Assembly: GCA_016699085.1 (NCBI GenBank)
Contig: CP064958.1
Span: 196,141-260,140, forward strand
DNA from: Candidatus Nomurabacteria bacterium
GTDB taxonomy: Bacteria; Patescibacteriota; Minisyncoccia; Phycocordibacterales; UBA9973
Reading direction: 5' to 3'
DNA: 64,000 nucleotides
Of this stretch, positions 27,603-36,744 are shown piece after piece; positions within the stretch are counted from its first letter, which is position 1; each line of letters begins with the position of its first letter. A program made the position numbers and the translations under genes. Below the pieces are notes generated by a model. It was not told where the DNA came from. It saw only the letters and a program-made list of their open reading frames with translations, and searched no databases.

Positions 27603-29165
27603 ATGAAAAAGATTACAACTTTTTTTCTTGCACTGACACTGTCGTGCATTGCAGTTTACTCACAATCACCACCTGTGATAGAAGAGGTTAAAAACATTGG
27701 AGGCAGCGCTAATGACTCTGCGTGCGGTTCAATTGTAACCCCGGATGGGGGCTACATTATCTTTGGCAGAACTGAGTCTGAAGATGGTGATGCTCCAAAC
27801 AATTTCGGGAAATATGATGCCTATGCAATAAAATTTAATTCTGCCGGCACCAAAGTATGGGGAAACAATTTTGGTGGCAGCCAAAATGAAATTTTTAACA
27901 ACGGTATTGCCCTTTCCGGCGGCGGATATGCATTTGTTGGTTATACATTTACTGCCAATGATAGCGATCAGGTAAAAGGTAAGCATGGAGGTGGGAGTAC
28001 TAGCGACATCTGGTTTGTTAAAACAGATGCCCAGGGCAATCTTACTCAGCAGAAATGTGTAGGCGGATCTGGTAACGACATAGGTGTTGGCCTTACTGAA
28101 TTAGCTAATGGAGGAATACTCATCTTCGGTAATACTTACTCAAACGATTTTGAGGTTTCCGAAAATTTTGGAGGATCTGATATGTGGCTAGTTGCCTTAG
28201 ATGCAAATGCAGAAAAAGCCTGGGACTTAAGCTACGGAGGAAGTGGTGATGATGCAATTAATGATATTTACGTTTCAGGCACTCAAACCAGTATCGCTGG
28301 AAAAACAAACTCTCTGGACTTCGGTTATTATTACAGTACAGGAGGTAATGATGGAGTATTTTTGAAGATCCAAAATTCTAATGGCTTGCAATTAGGTCTG
28401 ACAATTTTTGGAAGCACCTCAGATGATGAATTTATTTCTATCACTGCAGATGGAAGTACACTACTTCTTACCGGTACCACATCTGATGCAGGAACTGAAG
28501 ACTTCTGGTCCGCACGCATAGACGATAATGGTAATCTTTACTGGCAAAATCTTCAGGGAGGTTCAGGAAGTGATCAACTAAATAGTGGCTGTTTCAAGGG
28601 ACCTTTTGTGTTTACTGTAGGATCGACGAATTCCAACGATGGAGTATTTGTAAATAACCATGGTGGAACCGACGGATTTATCGACAAAAGAGTCTTACAG
28701 GAGTATGAACAGGGTGCACTTGAATGGCAAATGTTAGTCGGAGGAAGTGGTGATGATGCTATCGTATCAATTACCGATCTCGGTAGTGGAAGTTACCGTG
28801 TTGTTATGAATAGCAACTCTACTGACGGAGATCTTGCTGCTGGCAACCCAAAGGGCGGAAGTGATATTGTCATTGTAAGACTCGGAGGTGACTTTCCGAC
28901 AAATGGGGATAACATCATTGATGAACAATCAATAAATGTTTATCCAAATCCTGTTGCAGATGTTGCCACTATTTCGTTCGGTAATATTGCACCGGAAGAA
29001 TACGCAATAGTAAATATGCATGGACAGACTGTACTGTGTGGAAATTTGGTGCCTGGCACACAGAACATCATAGTTAACGGCAACGATTTGTCTACTGGTA
29101 CTTATTTCCTTTACCTTTCTATTGGTGAAGAAATAATTACAAAAGAACTCGTAGTTCAAAAATAA
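27603..29165 (+). CDS. Secreted beta-propeller (SBBP-like repeat) protein with T9SS-type C-terminal sorting domain
   Basis: Signal peptide. GGS-ND...DGGY...G-T-S-DGD repeats. C-terminus INVYPNPVADVATISFGN...YAIVNMHGQTV...GTYFLYLSIGEEIITKELVVQK matches the Por_Secre_tail pattern. Confidence 0.6.
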   Translation: MKKITTFFLALTLSCIAVYSQSPPVIEEVKNIGGSANDSACGSIVTPDGGYIIFGRTESEDGDAPNNFGKYDAYAIKFNSAGTKVWGNNFGGSQNEIFNNGIALSGGGYAFVGYTFTANDSDQVKGKHGGGSTSDIWFVKTDAQGNLTQQKCVGGSGNDIGVGLTELANGGILIFGNTYSNDFEVSENFGGSDMWLVALDANAEKAWDLSYGGSGDDAINDIYVSGTQTSIAGKTNSLDFGYYYSTGGNDGVFLKIQNSNGLQLGLTIFGSTSDDEFISITADGSTLLLTGTTSDAGTEDFWSARIDDNGNLYWQNLQGGSGSDQLNSGCFKGPFVFTVGSTNSNDGVFVNNHGGTDGFIDKRVLQEYEQGALEWQMLVGGSGDDAIVSITDLGSGSYRVVMNSNSTDGDLAAGNPKGGSDIVIVRLGGDFPTNGDNIIDEQSINVYPNPVADVATISFGNIAPEEYAIVNMHGQTVLCGNLVPGTQNIIVNGNDLSTGTYFLYLSIGEEIITKELVVQK

Positions 29166-29174
29166 AAAGAACAA

Positions 29175-29212
29175 TGAGCCTTTCCAAAACATGGAAAGGC
29201 TTTTTTATTTTG
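29175..29212 (+). terminator. Rho-independent terminator
   Basis: AGCCTTTCCAAAACATGGAAAGGCT followed by TTTTTTATTTT. Confidence 0.6.
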
Positions 29213-29243
29213 ACTTTTTATAATCCCTTAAAAATAGAGAAAC

Positions 29244-30281
29244 TTACAAGACAGGCTCTTGTACTTGCTTCTTATACCAATGGTGCTCGATCGTATATTC
29301 GTCATAGCCATGGACGAATGTTGCGATAGCAGTACCGATAAGTATGAGGTGTGGCCAGACCGCTTCTCCAAAAAAGAGAAGTGACATCGTTAGGAACGAG
29401 AGGAAGAAGAGCGACGTGAATCGTATTTCAAATCCAATCATAAAGAAAAGACCAATCAGAAGTTCAAGTGCAAATGCACCGAAAACGAGAAACATCGGAT
29501 CAAATGGAAAGTAGTTTGTTAGGTTATATTTAGCGACCGTATCAAGCGCAAGCGTGCCATGGAGAAACTTGGCGTAGCAAGAGGCAAACATAAGGGATAC
29601 ACCAAAGAGTATCCGCATAATCAGAAAGCTATACGGTCGTATATGAGCTGCCATTTGGGTCAACATAACTGACCAAGACGTAGGCTTTGAGTATATGCGA
29701 TATGCACCGCCAAAAATAACAAGGACTGTTGCTTCACCTAAGTACGTAAAGTAGCTAACCATGTAGATTCCTTTTTTGGAAAACATATAAAGAAAAAGTA
29801 ATCCAACGATAAAACTTCCAATTCGAGGAAAGAATCCAAAAAGTACTGAGACGCCCACAGCATAGACAATAAACTGAAATAAGAGTGTGTGGGCTGGGAA
29901 AAAGTAACTAAATGGTAATTCCAATCCAAAAATTGATCCATAATATGCACTTGCTATGAGCGCCAATCCGAAAGTTGCCTGTGCAATGTGACCTGCGTAT
30001 GGTTTTATTTTGAACAGTAATGGATCAATCTTGCGTTCGAGCCATTTTGAGATTGAAAGAAAAAAGACAAGCGTAATACTAATGCAAACAACGAAGCCCC
30101 AAAAAAGAAACTCATACGTATGCCCTAAAACAACTTCTCTAAAATTAAGCGCTGGGGCTTGGAGGGCACTATTTACTTCCTCACTATTTAACACATAGAC
30201 TTCATGTGCGCGAGCTATGTATGGCAATAGGATGGCACTAAGACCAGCTAGTAGGAAACCAAAACGTTTTGAGAGTTGCAT
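29244..30281 (-). CDS. Polytopic membrane protein (about 9 TM), unknown function
   Basis: Hydrophobic throughout. No diagnostic motif. Confidence 0.4.
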   Translation of the reverse strand: MQLSKRFGFLLAGLSAILLPYIARAHEVYVLNSEEVNSALQAPALNFREVVLGHTYEFLFWGFVVCISITLVFFLSISKWLERKIDPLLFKIKPYAGHIAQATFGLALIASAYYGSIFGLELPFSYFFPAHTLLFQFIVYAVGVSVLFGFFPRIGSFIVGLLFLYMFSKKGIYMVSYFTYLGEATVLVIFGGAYRIYSKPTSWSVMLTQMAAHIRPYSFLIMRILFGVSLMFASCYAKFLHGTLALDTVAKYNLTNYFPFDPMFLVFGAFALELLIGLFFMIGFEIRFTSLFFLSFLTMSLLFFGEAVWPHLILIGTAIATFVHGYDEYTIEHHWYKKQVQEPVL

Positions 30282-30424
30282 AGAAAAAGTATATCAAGAA
30301 AAAGAACTTATTTGTAATTTTTATATGCTGCAATTTCACCTTTGTGGAAAGTATTGACGACACTTTGCTGCATACTATAATACATAGAGGCCGAATTTAT
30401 TAAAGTATTGCTACTTATAATTAT

Positions 30425-30616
30425 ATGCTTAAATGGAGTGTTATTTTTCTCATCATTGCAATTATCGCGGGTTTACTAGGCTTTACGACAATCGCTGGAA
30501 CCTCAATAGCAATTGCAAAAATTCTTTTCTTTGTATTTTTAGTTATATTTATTATTACCTTGCTTATTGGAGGAGCATTATTTAAAGGTATTAAAAATAC
30601 AATTTCAAAGCAATAA
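30425..30616 (+). CDS. DUF1328 (UPF0391) small membrane protein
   Basis: [42 protein letters not shown], the classic DUF1328 sequence. Confidence 0.7.
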   Translation: MLKWSVIFLIIAIIAGLLGFTTIAGTSIAIAKILFFVFLVIFIITLLIGGALFKGIKNTISKQ

Positions 30617-30637
30617 AATTCCTAATTGTTGAAATAA

Positions 30638-30666
30638 AAACTCCCGTTCCGGGAGTTTTTATTATT
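30638..30666. terminator. Bidirectional terminator between convergent genes
   Basis: AAAAACTCCCGTTCCGGGAGTTTTTATT. Confidence 0.6.
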
Positions 30667-32448
30667 TTATACGCGTTCTCCTATTTGCTGACGCCACATG
30701 GCAAAGTAGAGACCTTTTTTGTCTAACAGCTCATCATGATTTCCGACTTCGACTATGTTGCCTTTTTCTAATACATAGATACGGTCAGCATGCATAATGG
30801 TTGAGAGTCGGTGAGCAATAAGTACAGAAATTCTTTCATTGCCTACTGATACATCACGAATAGTTTTAGTAATTTCTTCTTCAGTAATTGAATCAAGTGA
30901 TGATGTTGCCTCGTCAAAAATAAGAATAGTTGGTTTGCGTAATAATGCTCTGGCAACAGACAGGCGCTGTTTTTCGCCTCCTGAAACCTTTACCCCACCT
31001 TCACCAATAACGGTATCGAGCCCTGCCCCACCGCGCGCAAGCAAGTTCTGACATTGTGCAGAAGCAAGTGCACCTAGGCATTCATCGTCAGTTGCATACG
31101 GATTCACAAAGAGAAGATTTTCTCGTATCGTGCCAGCAAAAAGTTGAGTATCTTGTGTGACAAATCCAAACTGTCCTCGCAATACATTCATATCTAATGC
31201 ATGCATCGGAATGTCATTAAAAGTTATCTCCCCTGATTTTGGTGTATATAATCCAACCAATAACTTAACTAAACTAGTTTTTCCTGAGCCTGAGGGACCG
31301 ACGAAAGCAATCGTCTCCCCCTGAGTTACTTCAAATGTAATATTCTCAAGCGCTGCATTCCCTGCGCTTTTATATTTAAACGAAATATCTTTAAACGCAA
31401 CGTGTGTAATATTTGGTATCTGAGTACTATTGTCAGGTTTTGGTTCAGACGGCGCGTGCATAATCTCTTCAAAGCGTTTAAGCGCAACCTGCGCCTCTCG
31501 ATAGCTATTGATAACATTACCAAGCTCCTGGAGTGGCTGAAAAATAAAAAATGAGTATATATAGAGGGAGAAAAATTGGCCAAAGGTGACAATTTTGGCA
31601 AATACGAGATAGAGGAGGAATGCCAATATAAGGGTACGCATTAAATTAATAAGCGTTCCTTGTACAAATGAAATACTTCTAATGTAGCGGAGCTTCTTGA
31701 GCTCAAGCTTGAGTATTTTATCTGTTGTTGCATTCAGCCGATTTATTTCTTGAGTAACTAATCCCAAACTTTTCACAAGCTCAATATTTCGGAGTGACTC
31801 AGTCGTTGATCCAGCTAGTGCTGTTGTTTCAGCTAAAATAATTTTCTGAATCTTTTTCACTTTAGCTGTTAGGGCGTACGATAATCCACCAATAATAGGG
31901 ATAGTGAGCGCATATACGACAGCGACGCCCCAATAAATTTTGGCAGCGTATATTGTGACAAAAATAAACCCGATAATCGAAACAAACAAGACATTAATGA
32001 AAGCATTTATAAATGTCTCACTTGAGGTTCTCACTTTCTGCAACGTACCGAGAGTCTCACCACTGCGCTGGTCTTCAAATACTTCGTATGGCAACGCAAG
32101 AGAATGTTCAATGCCATCATTGTAAATCTTTGCACCAGTTCGTTGGGTGACAGTATTTAAATAATAGTCTTGGAAATTTTTCGCGACCCGTGATACAAAG
32201 GCCGCACCAACAGCAAGTAACAAAAGATATGATACGCCTCTAAAAAACTCAACAAAAGTAAAAGAGTCAAACTTAGTAGCATAGTCATCTATAATATGGC
32301 GAAAAATGAGCGGATCTAGGAGCGAAAAAGTCTGATTAATTGTTGCCAATAGAATAACCCCAACACAGAGCCATGTATGCTGTTTTAAATACGAAACAAG
32401 AATCTTCATGCTGTAATTTGAGGAGCTGGTGCGTCCATACCTGCCCAA
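30667..32448 (-). CDS. ABC exporter, fused permease/ATPase (MsbA-like)
   Basis: Six-TM N-terminal domain, then GPSGSGKTS and LSGGEKQRLSVARALL. Confidence 0.88.
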   Translation of the reverse strand: MGRYGRTSSSNYSMKILVSYLKQHTWLCVGVILLATINQTFSLLDPLIFRHIIDDYATKFDSFTFVEFFRGVSYLLLLAVGAAFVSRVAKNFQDYYLNTVTQRTGAKIYNDGIEHSLALPYEVFEDQRSGETLGTLQKVRTSSETFINAFINVLFVSIIGFIFVTIYAAKIYWGVAVVYALTIPIIGGLSYALTAKVKKIQKIILAETTALAGSTTESLRNIELVKSLGLVTQEINRLNATTDKILKLELKKLRYIRSISFVQGTLINLMRTLILAFLLYLVFAKIVTFGQFFSLYIYSFFIFQPLQELGNVINSYREAQVALKRFEEIMHAPSEPKPDNSTQIPNITHVAFKDISFKYKSAGNAALENITFEVTQGETIAFVGPSGSGKTSLVKLLVGLYTPKSGEITFNDIPMHALDMNVLRGQFGFVTQDTQLFAGTIRENLLFVNPYATDDECLGALASAQCQNLLARGGAGLDTVIGEGGVKVSGGEKQRLSVARALLRKPTILIFDEATSSLDSITEEEITKTIRDVSVGNERISVLIAHRLSTIMHADRIYVLEKGNIVEVGNHDELLDKKGLYFAMWRQQIGERV

Positions 32449-32906
32449 AGATTAATCGTGCCAATCGAAGCATCACTACTTGCTTTGATATACAAGAACA
32501 GCTGCATTTTATATGCTGTTATCATTTTTAACGCATCTAAAATAAAAAATCTTTTCTCTGCAGTCCTGCCCCAGAGTGAGAGTGCTTTTCCTAGTTCAGC
32601 ATCATCAAATTTCTCATATAGCTCTTTCATTTCTATCTCTTGTTTGTCCATCATTACGGCAAAATTCTCTAGTGTTATTCCTTCTGACTCTGTGATATAG
32701 CCAGTAAAACCTTCAGCTCTCTCTTCGAGCACTGCTCGGAACACTCCTTTGCCCATTCTTGCTATGTACTGCATAAGCTCAAGTGTTGTTCTTTGTTTTT
32801 CTGTTGGCCTATGATCAAGCCCATCTGGTGATATTTTCTCTCCTAAATGTTTAATAATTCTTATTTCATTGCTAAACGATGACCAGATTTCTTCTTTTGT
32901 ATACAT
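32406..32906 (-). CDS. Hypothetical helical protein (possibly DinB-like)
   Basis: 166 aa, no confident motif. Overlaps the ABC gene start by about 40 nt. Confidence 0.3.
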   Translation of the reverse strand: MYTKEEIWSSFSNEIRIIKHLGEKISPDGLDHRPTEKQRTTLELMQYIARMGKGVFRAVLEERAEGFTGYITESEGITLENFAVMMDKQEIEMKELYEKFDDAELGKALSLWGRTAEKRFFILDALKMITAYKMQLFLYIKASSDASIGTINLWAGMDAPAPQITA

Positions 32907-33064
32907 GTGAATAAAATGATTAATAAGTCCCGCAAGTATAGCAAACTATGCTAAATAGAAAAACCACTCAAAATAAAAACTTAACTTGCCTTAAGTTGTT
33001 CATATTCAAAGCATACACACTTAAAACTTACACGGGCAATACATTGTCTGATAAAACATTTATT

Positions 33065-33850
33065 TTAGGCAAATAAACTCAGTAAAGTAGCGATCCATGC
33101 TTGCCATCCTGCTGGCTCATCACCATGATCAACTTGATCGCGCTCTTGTACTGACTGAAGATAATAATCAATCATAGAAGGATCTATTGTCATCCCTGGA
33201 TACGGTTCTTGACTAGGAGGTACCCGATTAACAACTTTTTGCACTAATACCTTAAGTCTTATATCTGCAAGCCCATATTTTTGAAGCATAATCGTCTGTA
33301 CCTCTGGATCACCAACTTTGAATACTTCATAGACTATTTTGTCGTAATTACCAAATTGACCGATAGTAGGATCAATGTACATAAATCTGTTGTCAAAGTA
33401 GATTTCAAGCCATGCATGATCAACCATATGTTGGTCTTTTTTACTTTCTGGATTCTGAAAAGCAAAGCTGAATCGCTCAACTATTTCATGTGTATTGCCG
33501 TGATAGGTAGCACCAATTGGAAGCTCATTATTAAAGAATTTTTGGTTAAGTATTTTTGCCAACGCATAACTTGAAGGGCCACAACCCCACGATGGAATAT
33601 TATTTTCTTGAGATAAGGCTTTAACTGTTGCAATAAATTCAGGCGAAATATTATCGAGATATGCCCCTATTTCTTGAATTTTTTTATCATCATCATTTTT
33701 CCAAAAAATAATAGATTTATTATGAGTTGCAGTTGTATATATCTGCCAACCAAGTTGACCGAGAGTAAGCAAGAGTGTAAAACAAGCAATACAGAAAGTT
33801 GCCACAATCTTTCTGTTTATTTTTTTTGTTTGATTTTCCATACAGATCAT
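33065..33850 (-). CDS. Membrane-anchored transglutaminase-like cysteine peptidase fold protein
   Basis: N-terminal TM segment. WGCGPSSYALAKIL ... HAWLEIYFD ... D is the Cys/His/Asp arrangement of the TGc core. Confidence 0.45.
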   Translation of the reverse strand: MICMENQTKKINRKIVATFCIACFTLLLTLGQLGWQIYTTATHNKSIIFWKNDDDKKIQEIGAYLDNISPEFIATVKALSQENNIPSWGCGPSSYALAKILNQKFFNNELPIGATYHGNTHEIVERFSFAFQNPESKKDQHMVDHAWLEIYFDNRFMYIDPTIGQFGNYDKIVYEVFKVGDPEVQTIMLQKYGLADIRLKVLVQKVVNRVPPSQEPYPGMTIDPSMIDYYLQSVQERDQVDHGDEPAGWQAWIATLLSLFA

Positions 33851-33879
33851 TCAAAATCCAAATGTCGTATCTATAGTAA

Positions 33880-34125
33880 CTAATTATCTTTCTTGCCTGC
33901 TGATTGCGTTGTTGTATGCACATGAATAACAGATTCATCGGGCGACGCGGGAATAATGAGGATTGAGATACCATATGCAATAAGTCCCGGGATGAGGCCT
34001 GTCACAAATGACAGAAAAAGAAATACTACTCGAATAAGTACTGGATCTATTTCAAAATACTCTCCTATACCACCACAAATACCACTTACTACTCGATTTG
34101 TCTCACTTCGATAAAGTCTTTTCAT
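33880..34125 (-). CDS. PspC-domain membrane protein
   Basis: LYRSETNRVVSGICGGIGEYFEIDPVLIRVVFLFLSF. Confidence 0.7.
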   Translation of the reverse strand: MKRLYRSETNRVVSGICGGIGEYFEIDPVLIRVVFLFLSFVTGLIPGLIAYGISILIIPASPDESVIHVHTTTQSAGKKDN

Positions 34126-34149
34126 GTGGGTAGTATAGCAAGTAACAAG

Positions 34150-34192
34150 TTACCTGACCAAACAAAAAATGCCTTTGGGCATTTTTTGTTTG
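34150..34192 (-). terminator. Rho-independent terminator
   Basis: Minus-sense AAAAAATGCCCAAAGGCATTTTTTGTTTGG. Confidence 0.6.
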
Positions 34193-34195
34193 GTC

Positions 34196-36673
34196 TTATA
34201 ATTTTGGACATGTTTCTTGAGTCCAAGTAGTGTAGAGTCCTTGTGTTATCTTGCCCCAAAGGCCATCAACTTTAGTTCCGAGAATTGTTTGAGCTGTCTT
34301 AATGCCACTAAGTGATTTTGGTCCAATAATACCATCAGTCACTAGTTCCGGAGTAGCTGCATCTAGTTGATTGACTGCCTTTTGTACCACCTTTGCATCT
34401 TCACCTTTGAGTCCAATTTTAACAAGTAAAACAGGAGTTCCAGCAACTTCACATCCAAGCGCAAAGTCACTAGGATCTATTTCATTATCATCGAGGGTAC
34501 TTGTACAACCTGGATCACTCGGATAATCCATCTTGCCATCACTATCATTATCTTGTCCATCACCGCAACTGTAGGAAATATAGTTACCACCGGAGCCAGC
34601 TGGAGGAGCTGGAGTTTCTTCAACAATTACTTCTTCATCAGCTTCATTATCATCATTACTATCGGTACAACCTGGATCATCTGCATCAATAATACTGTCA
34701 CCATCATTATCAACATCATCTCCGCACTGATAGGTTACAGTATTGCCTGTTGTAAAGGTTTGATCACTAGATGTTGCTATATTGCCACTTGCATCTGTTG
34801 ATATAAGTGAAACATAGTAAAGCGTACCTGGAGTAAGGCTCTGTAGTGTAACGGAATGACTAGTAACACGAGGTAATGTGTCACTCGTACCAGTCGTTAA
34901 ACCGTAACTTGTTGTAGTGCCATAGTTTACTAGCGTCGAAGCTAATTCATCAGTTGTCCAAGTGGCTACAGCCGTAGTATCCGTAGGGGAAATTGTAATA
35001 CTTGATATTACTGGAGCAGTGATATCTGGTGTATCTGGTGTCACTTCTGTATAACTAAAGCCTGCTGAACAACCAGAGACATTACCAGAACTATCAGTTG
35101 CCGTTGCTTTAAATGTTGTTGTTGAATTGTCTGCAACTGAGACTGTGAGACCTGGGGAGGCAAATTTATTTGACGTGCCGGAAATAACAACACTTTCGGC
35201 ACATGCGCTATCTGCGTATATTTTTACTGTTGTACCACTTGGTGCTGTTCCTTTTAGTTTTGGACTATTGTTGTTTGATCCAGAAATTGGATTAGCAGAA
35301 GTGATTGTTGGAGTTACCGGTAAAACAATAGCGAGTGTTGTAAAGAAATTATCCGACGAAGCCCCAATATTCCCTGCCGCATCTTTTGATTTTACAGAAA
35401 AATGGTACAGCGTATTGGCAGCTAGTCCGGTTATTGTCACGGTATGGTTAGTCACTTTGGGGGAAATATTTGTTTCGCTTGTCGAATTAGTATATGAGGT
35501 TGTTGTACCATAATCTACACTGGATGAAGATGCTTCATTAGTAGACCAGGTAATAGTTGCTGTCGTCTGGGTAGATGTAACACCGATTGAAGAAATAACT
35601 GGATCAGTAGTATCTGGTGTCACTTCTGTATAACTAAAGCCTGCTGAACAACCAGAGACATTACCAGAACTATCAGTTGCCGTTGCTTTAAATGTTGTTG
35701 TTGAATTGTCTGCAACTGAGACTGTGAGACCTGGGGAGGCGAAAGCTGCTGCAGTTCCAGAAGTAACCGCACTGCCAGTACAGCCAGCTGTTGTATAAAG
35801 TGCAACAGTCGTGCCTGAGTCAGCAGAGCCTAGAAGCTTCGGGCTTGTATTATTCGATCCAGAAATTGGATTTGAAGAAGTTATAGTAGGCGTGACTGGA
35901 GGAATTACAACAGCTGCGTCTGTTGTAAATGTATTATCTGAAGAAGTGCCTGTATTGCCACTTGCATCTTTTGACTTCACATCAAAATGATAGGCCGTAT
36001 TTTGCGTAAGCCCAGTAATCGTAACTGAATGTTGAGTTACCATTGGCAATACATCCTCTTCAGTTGTTGTTCCGTATGAAATTGTCCTACCATATTCAAC
36101 AATAGAAGAAGCATTTTCATTAGTATTCCAGGTTATTGTGGCAGATGTTTCACCAGGATCAACCGCAATTGAAGATATAACTGGATCAGTTGTATCTGGC
36201 ACTACAATATCACTTATAACTACGGTAATTGGATCACTCTGTTCTGATGTATTACCACTTGTATCTGTAGCACTAACCGCGAAGATATAGGTGCCAGCAG
36301 AAAGACCAGTAATTGTTGCTGTATTGGTTGTTACTGTTGCAACGACATTGCTTGTTTTATCATTAATGTTATTTTGATTTGCATTTGGAGTCAGTGCACT
36401 CTTAATACTGCCACCAAAATCAACAATACTATTAACAACAGTTGAGAATGTACTTTGTTGTTTTGGTCCCGGGCCCGTGGTCGTTTCATCAACCGGCGTT
36501 GGCCGCTGCCGCACCGGGGTATCAGAGACTGGAGATGGATCTGCATCAATAACTCTAGCTACCCCAGTAAAATTTTGATTACTGTGGGTGAGTATAAAAT
36601 AACCACCGCCAATAATAACAGCGAGAAGTAACACTATTTTTGCTGCGTTGTAGTTCGGATTAGAAAAATTCAT
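34196..36673 (-). CDS. Large secreted FN3-repeat protein with C-terminal peptidoglycan-binding domain
   Basis: N-terminal TM/signal segment. Repeated about 95-aa FN3-like units (ATITWNTNE...YGTTTSY...TVTITGL). C-terminal LVTDGIIGPKSLSGIKTAQTILGTKVDGLWG (PG_binding_1-like). Confidence 0.55.
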   Translation of the reverse strand: MNFSNPNYNAAKIVLLLAVIIGGGYFILTHSNQNFTGVARVIDADPSPVSDTPVRQRPTPVDETTTGPGPKQQSTFSTVVNSIVDFGGSIKSALTPNANQNNINDKTSNVVATVTTNTATITGLSAGTYIFAVSATDTSGNTSEQSDPITVVISDIVVPDTTDPVISSIAVDPGETSATITWNTNENASSIVEYGRTISYGTTTEEDVLPMVTQHSVTITGLTQNTAYHFDVKSKDASGNTGTSSDNTFTTDAAVVIPPVTPTITSSNPISGSNNTSPKLLGSADSGTTVALYTTAGCTGSAVTSGTAAAFASPGLTVSVADNSTTTFKATATDSSGNVSGCSAGFSYTEVTPDTTDPVISSIGVTSTQTTATITWSTNEASSSSVDYGTTTSYTNSTSETNISPKVTNHTVTITGLAANTLYHFSVKSKDAAGNIGASSDNFFTTLAIVLPVTPTITSANPISGSNNNSPKLKGTAPSGTTVKIYADSACAESVVISGTSNKFASPGLTVSVADNSTTTFKATATDSSGNVSGCSAGFSYTEVTPDTPDITAPVISSITISPTDTTAVATWTTDELASTLVNYGTTTSYGLTTGTSDTLPRVTSHSVTLQSLTPGTLYYVSLISTDASGNIATSSDQTFTTGNTVTYQCGDDVDNDGDSIIDADDPGCTDSNDDNEADEEVIVEETPAPPAGSGGNYISYSCGDGQDNDSDGKMDYPSDPGCTSTLDDNEIDPSDFALGCEVAGTPVLLVKIGLKGEDAKVVQKAVNQLDAATPELVTDGIIGPKSLSGIKTAQTILGTKVDGLWGKITQGLYTTWTQETCPKL
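35030..35739. repeat. Intragenic direct repeat: 131 bp identical at 35030-35160 and 35609-35739 (period about 579 bp)
   Basis: Both copies of GTATCTGGTGTCACTTCTGTATAACTAAAGCCTGCTGAACAACCAGAGAC...GAGACCTGGGGAGGC can be read directly in the sequence. Confidence 0.85.
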
Positions 36674-36744
36674 ATTGGTTTTAATTTTAACATACTAATA
36701 CGATTAAGTTAATTACTACTCGATGCATAACATTCCATGTACAG

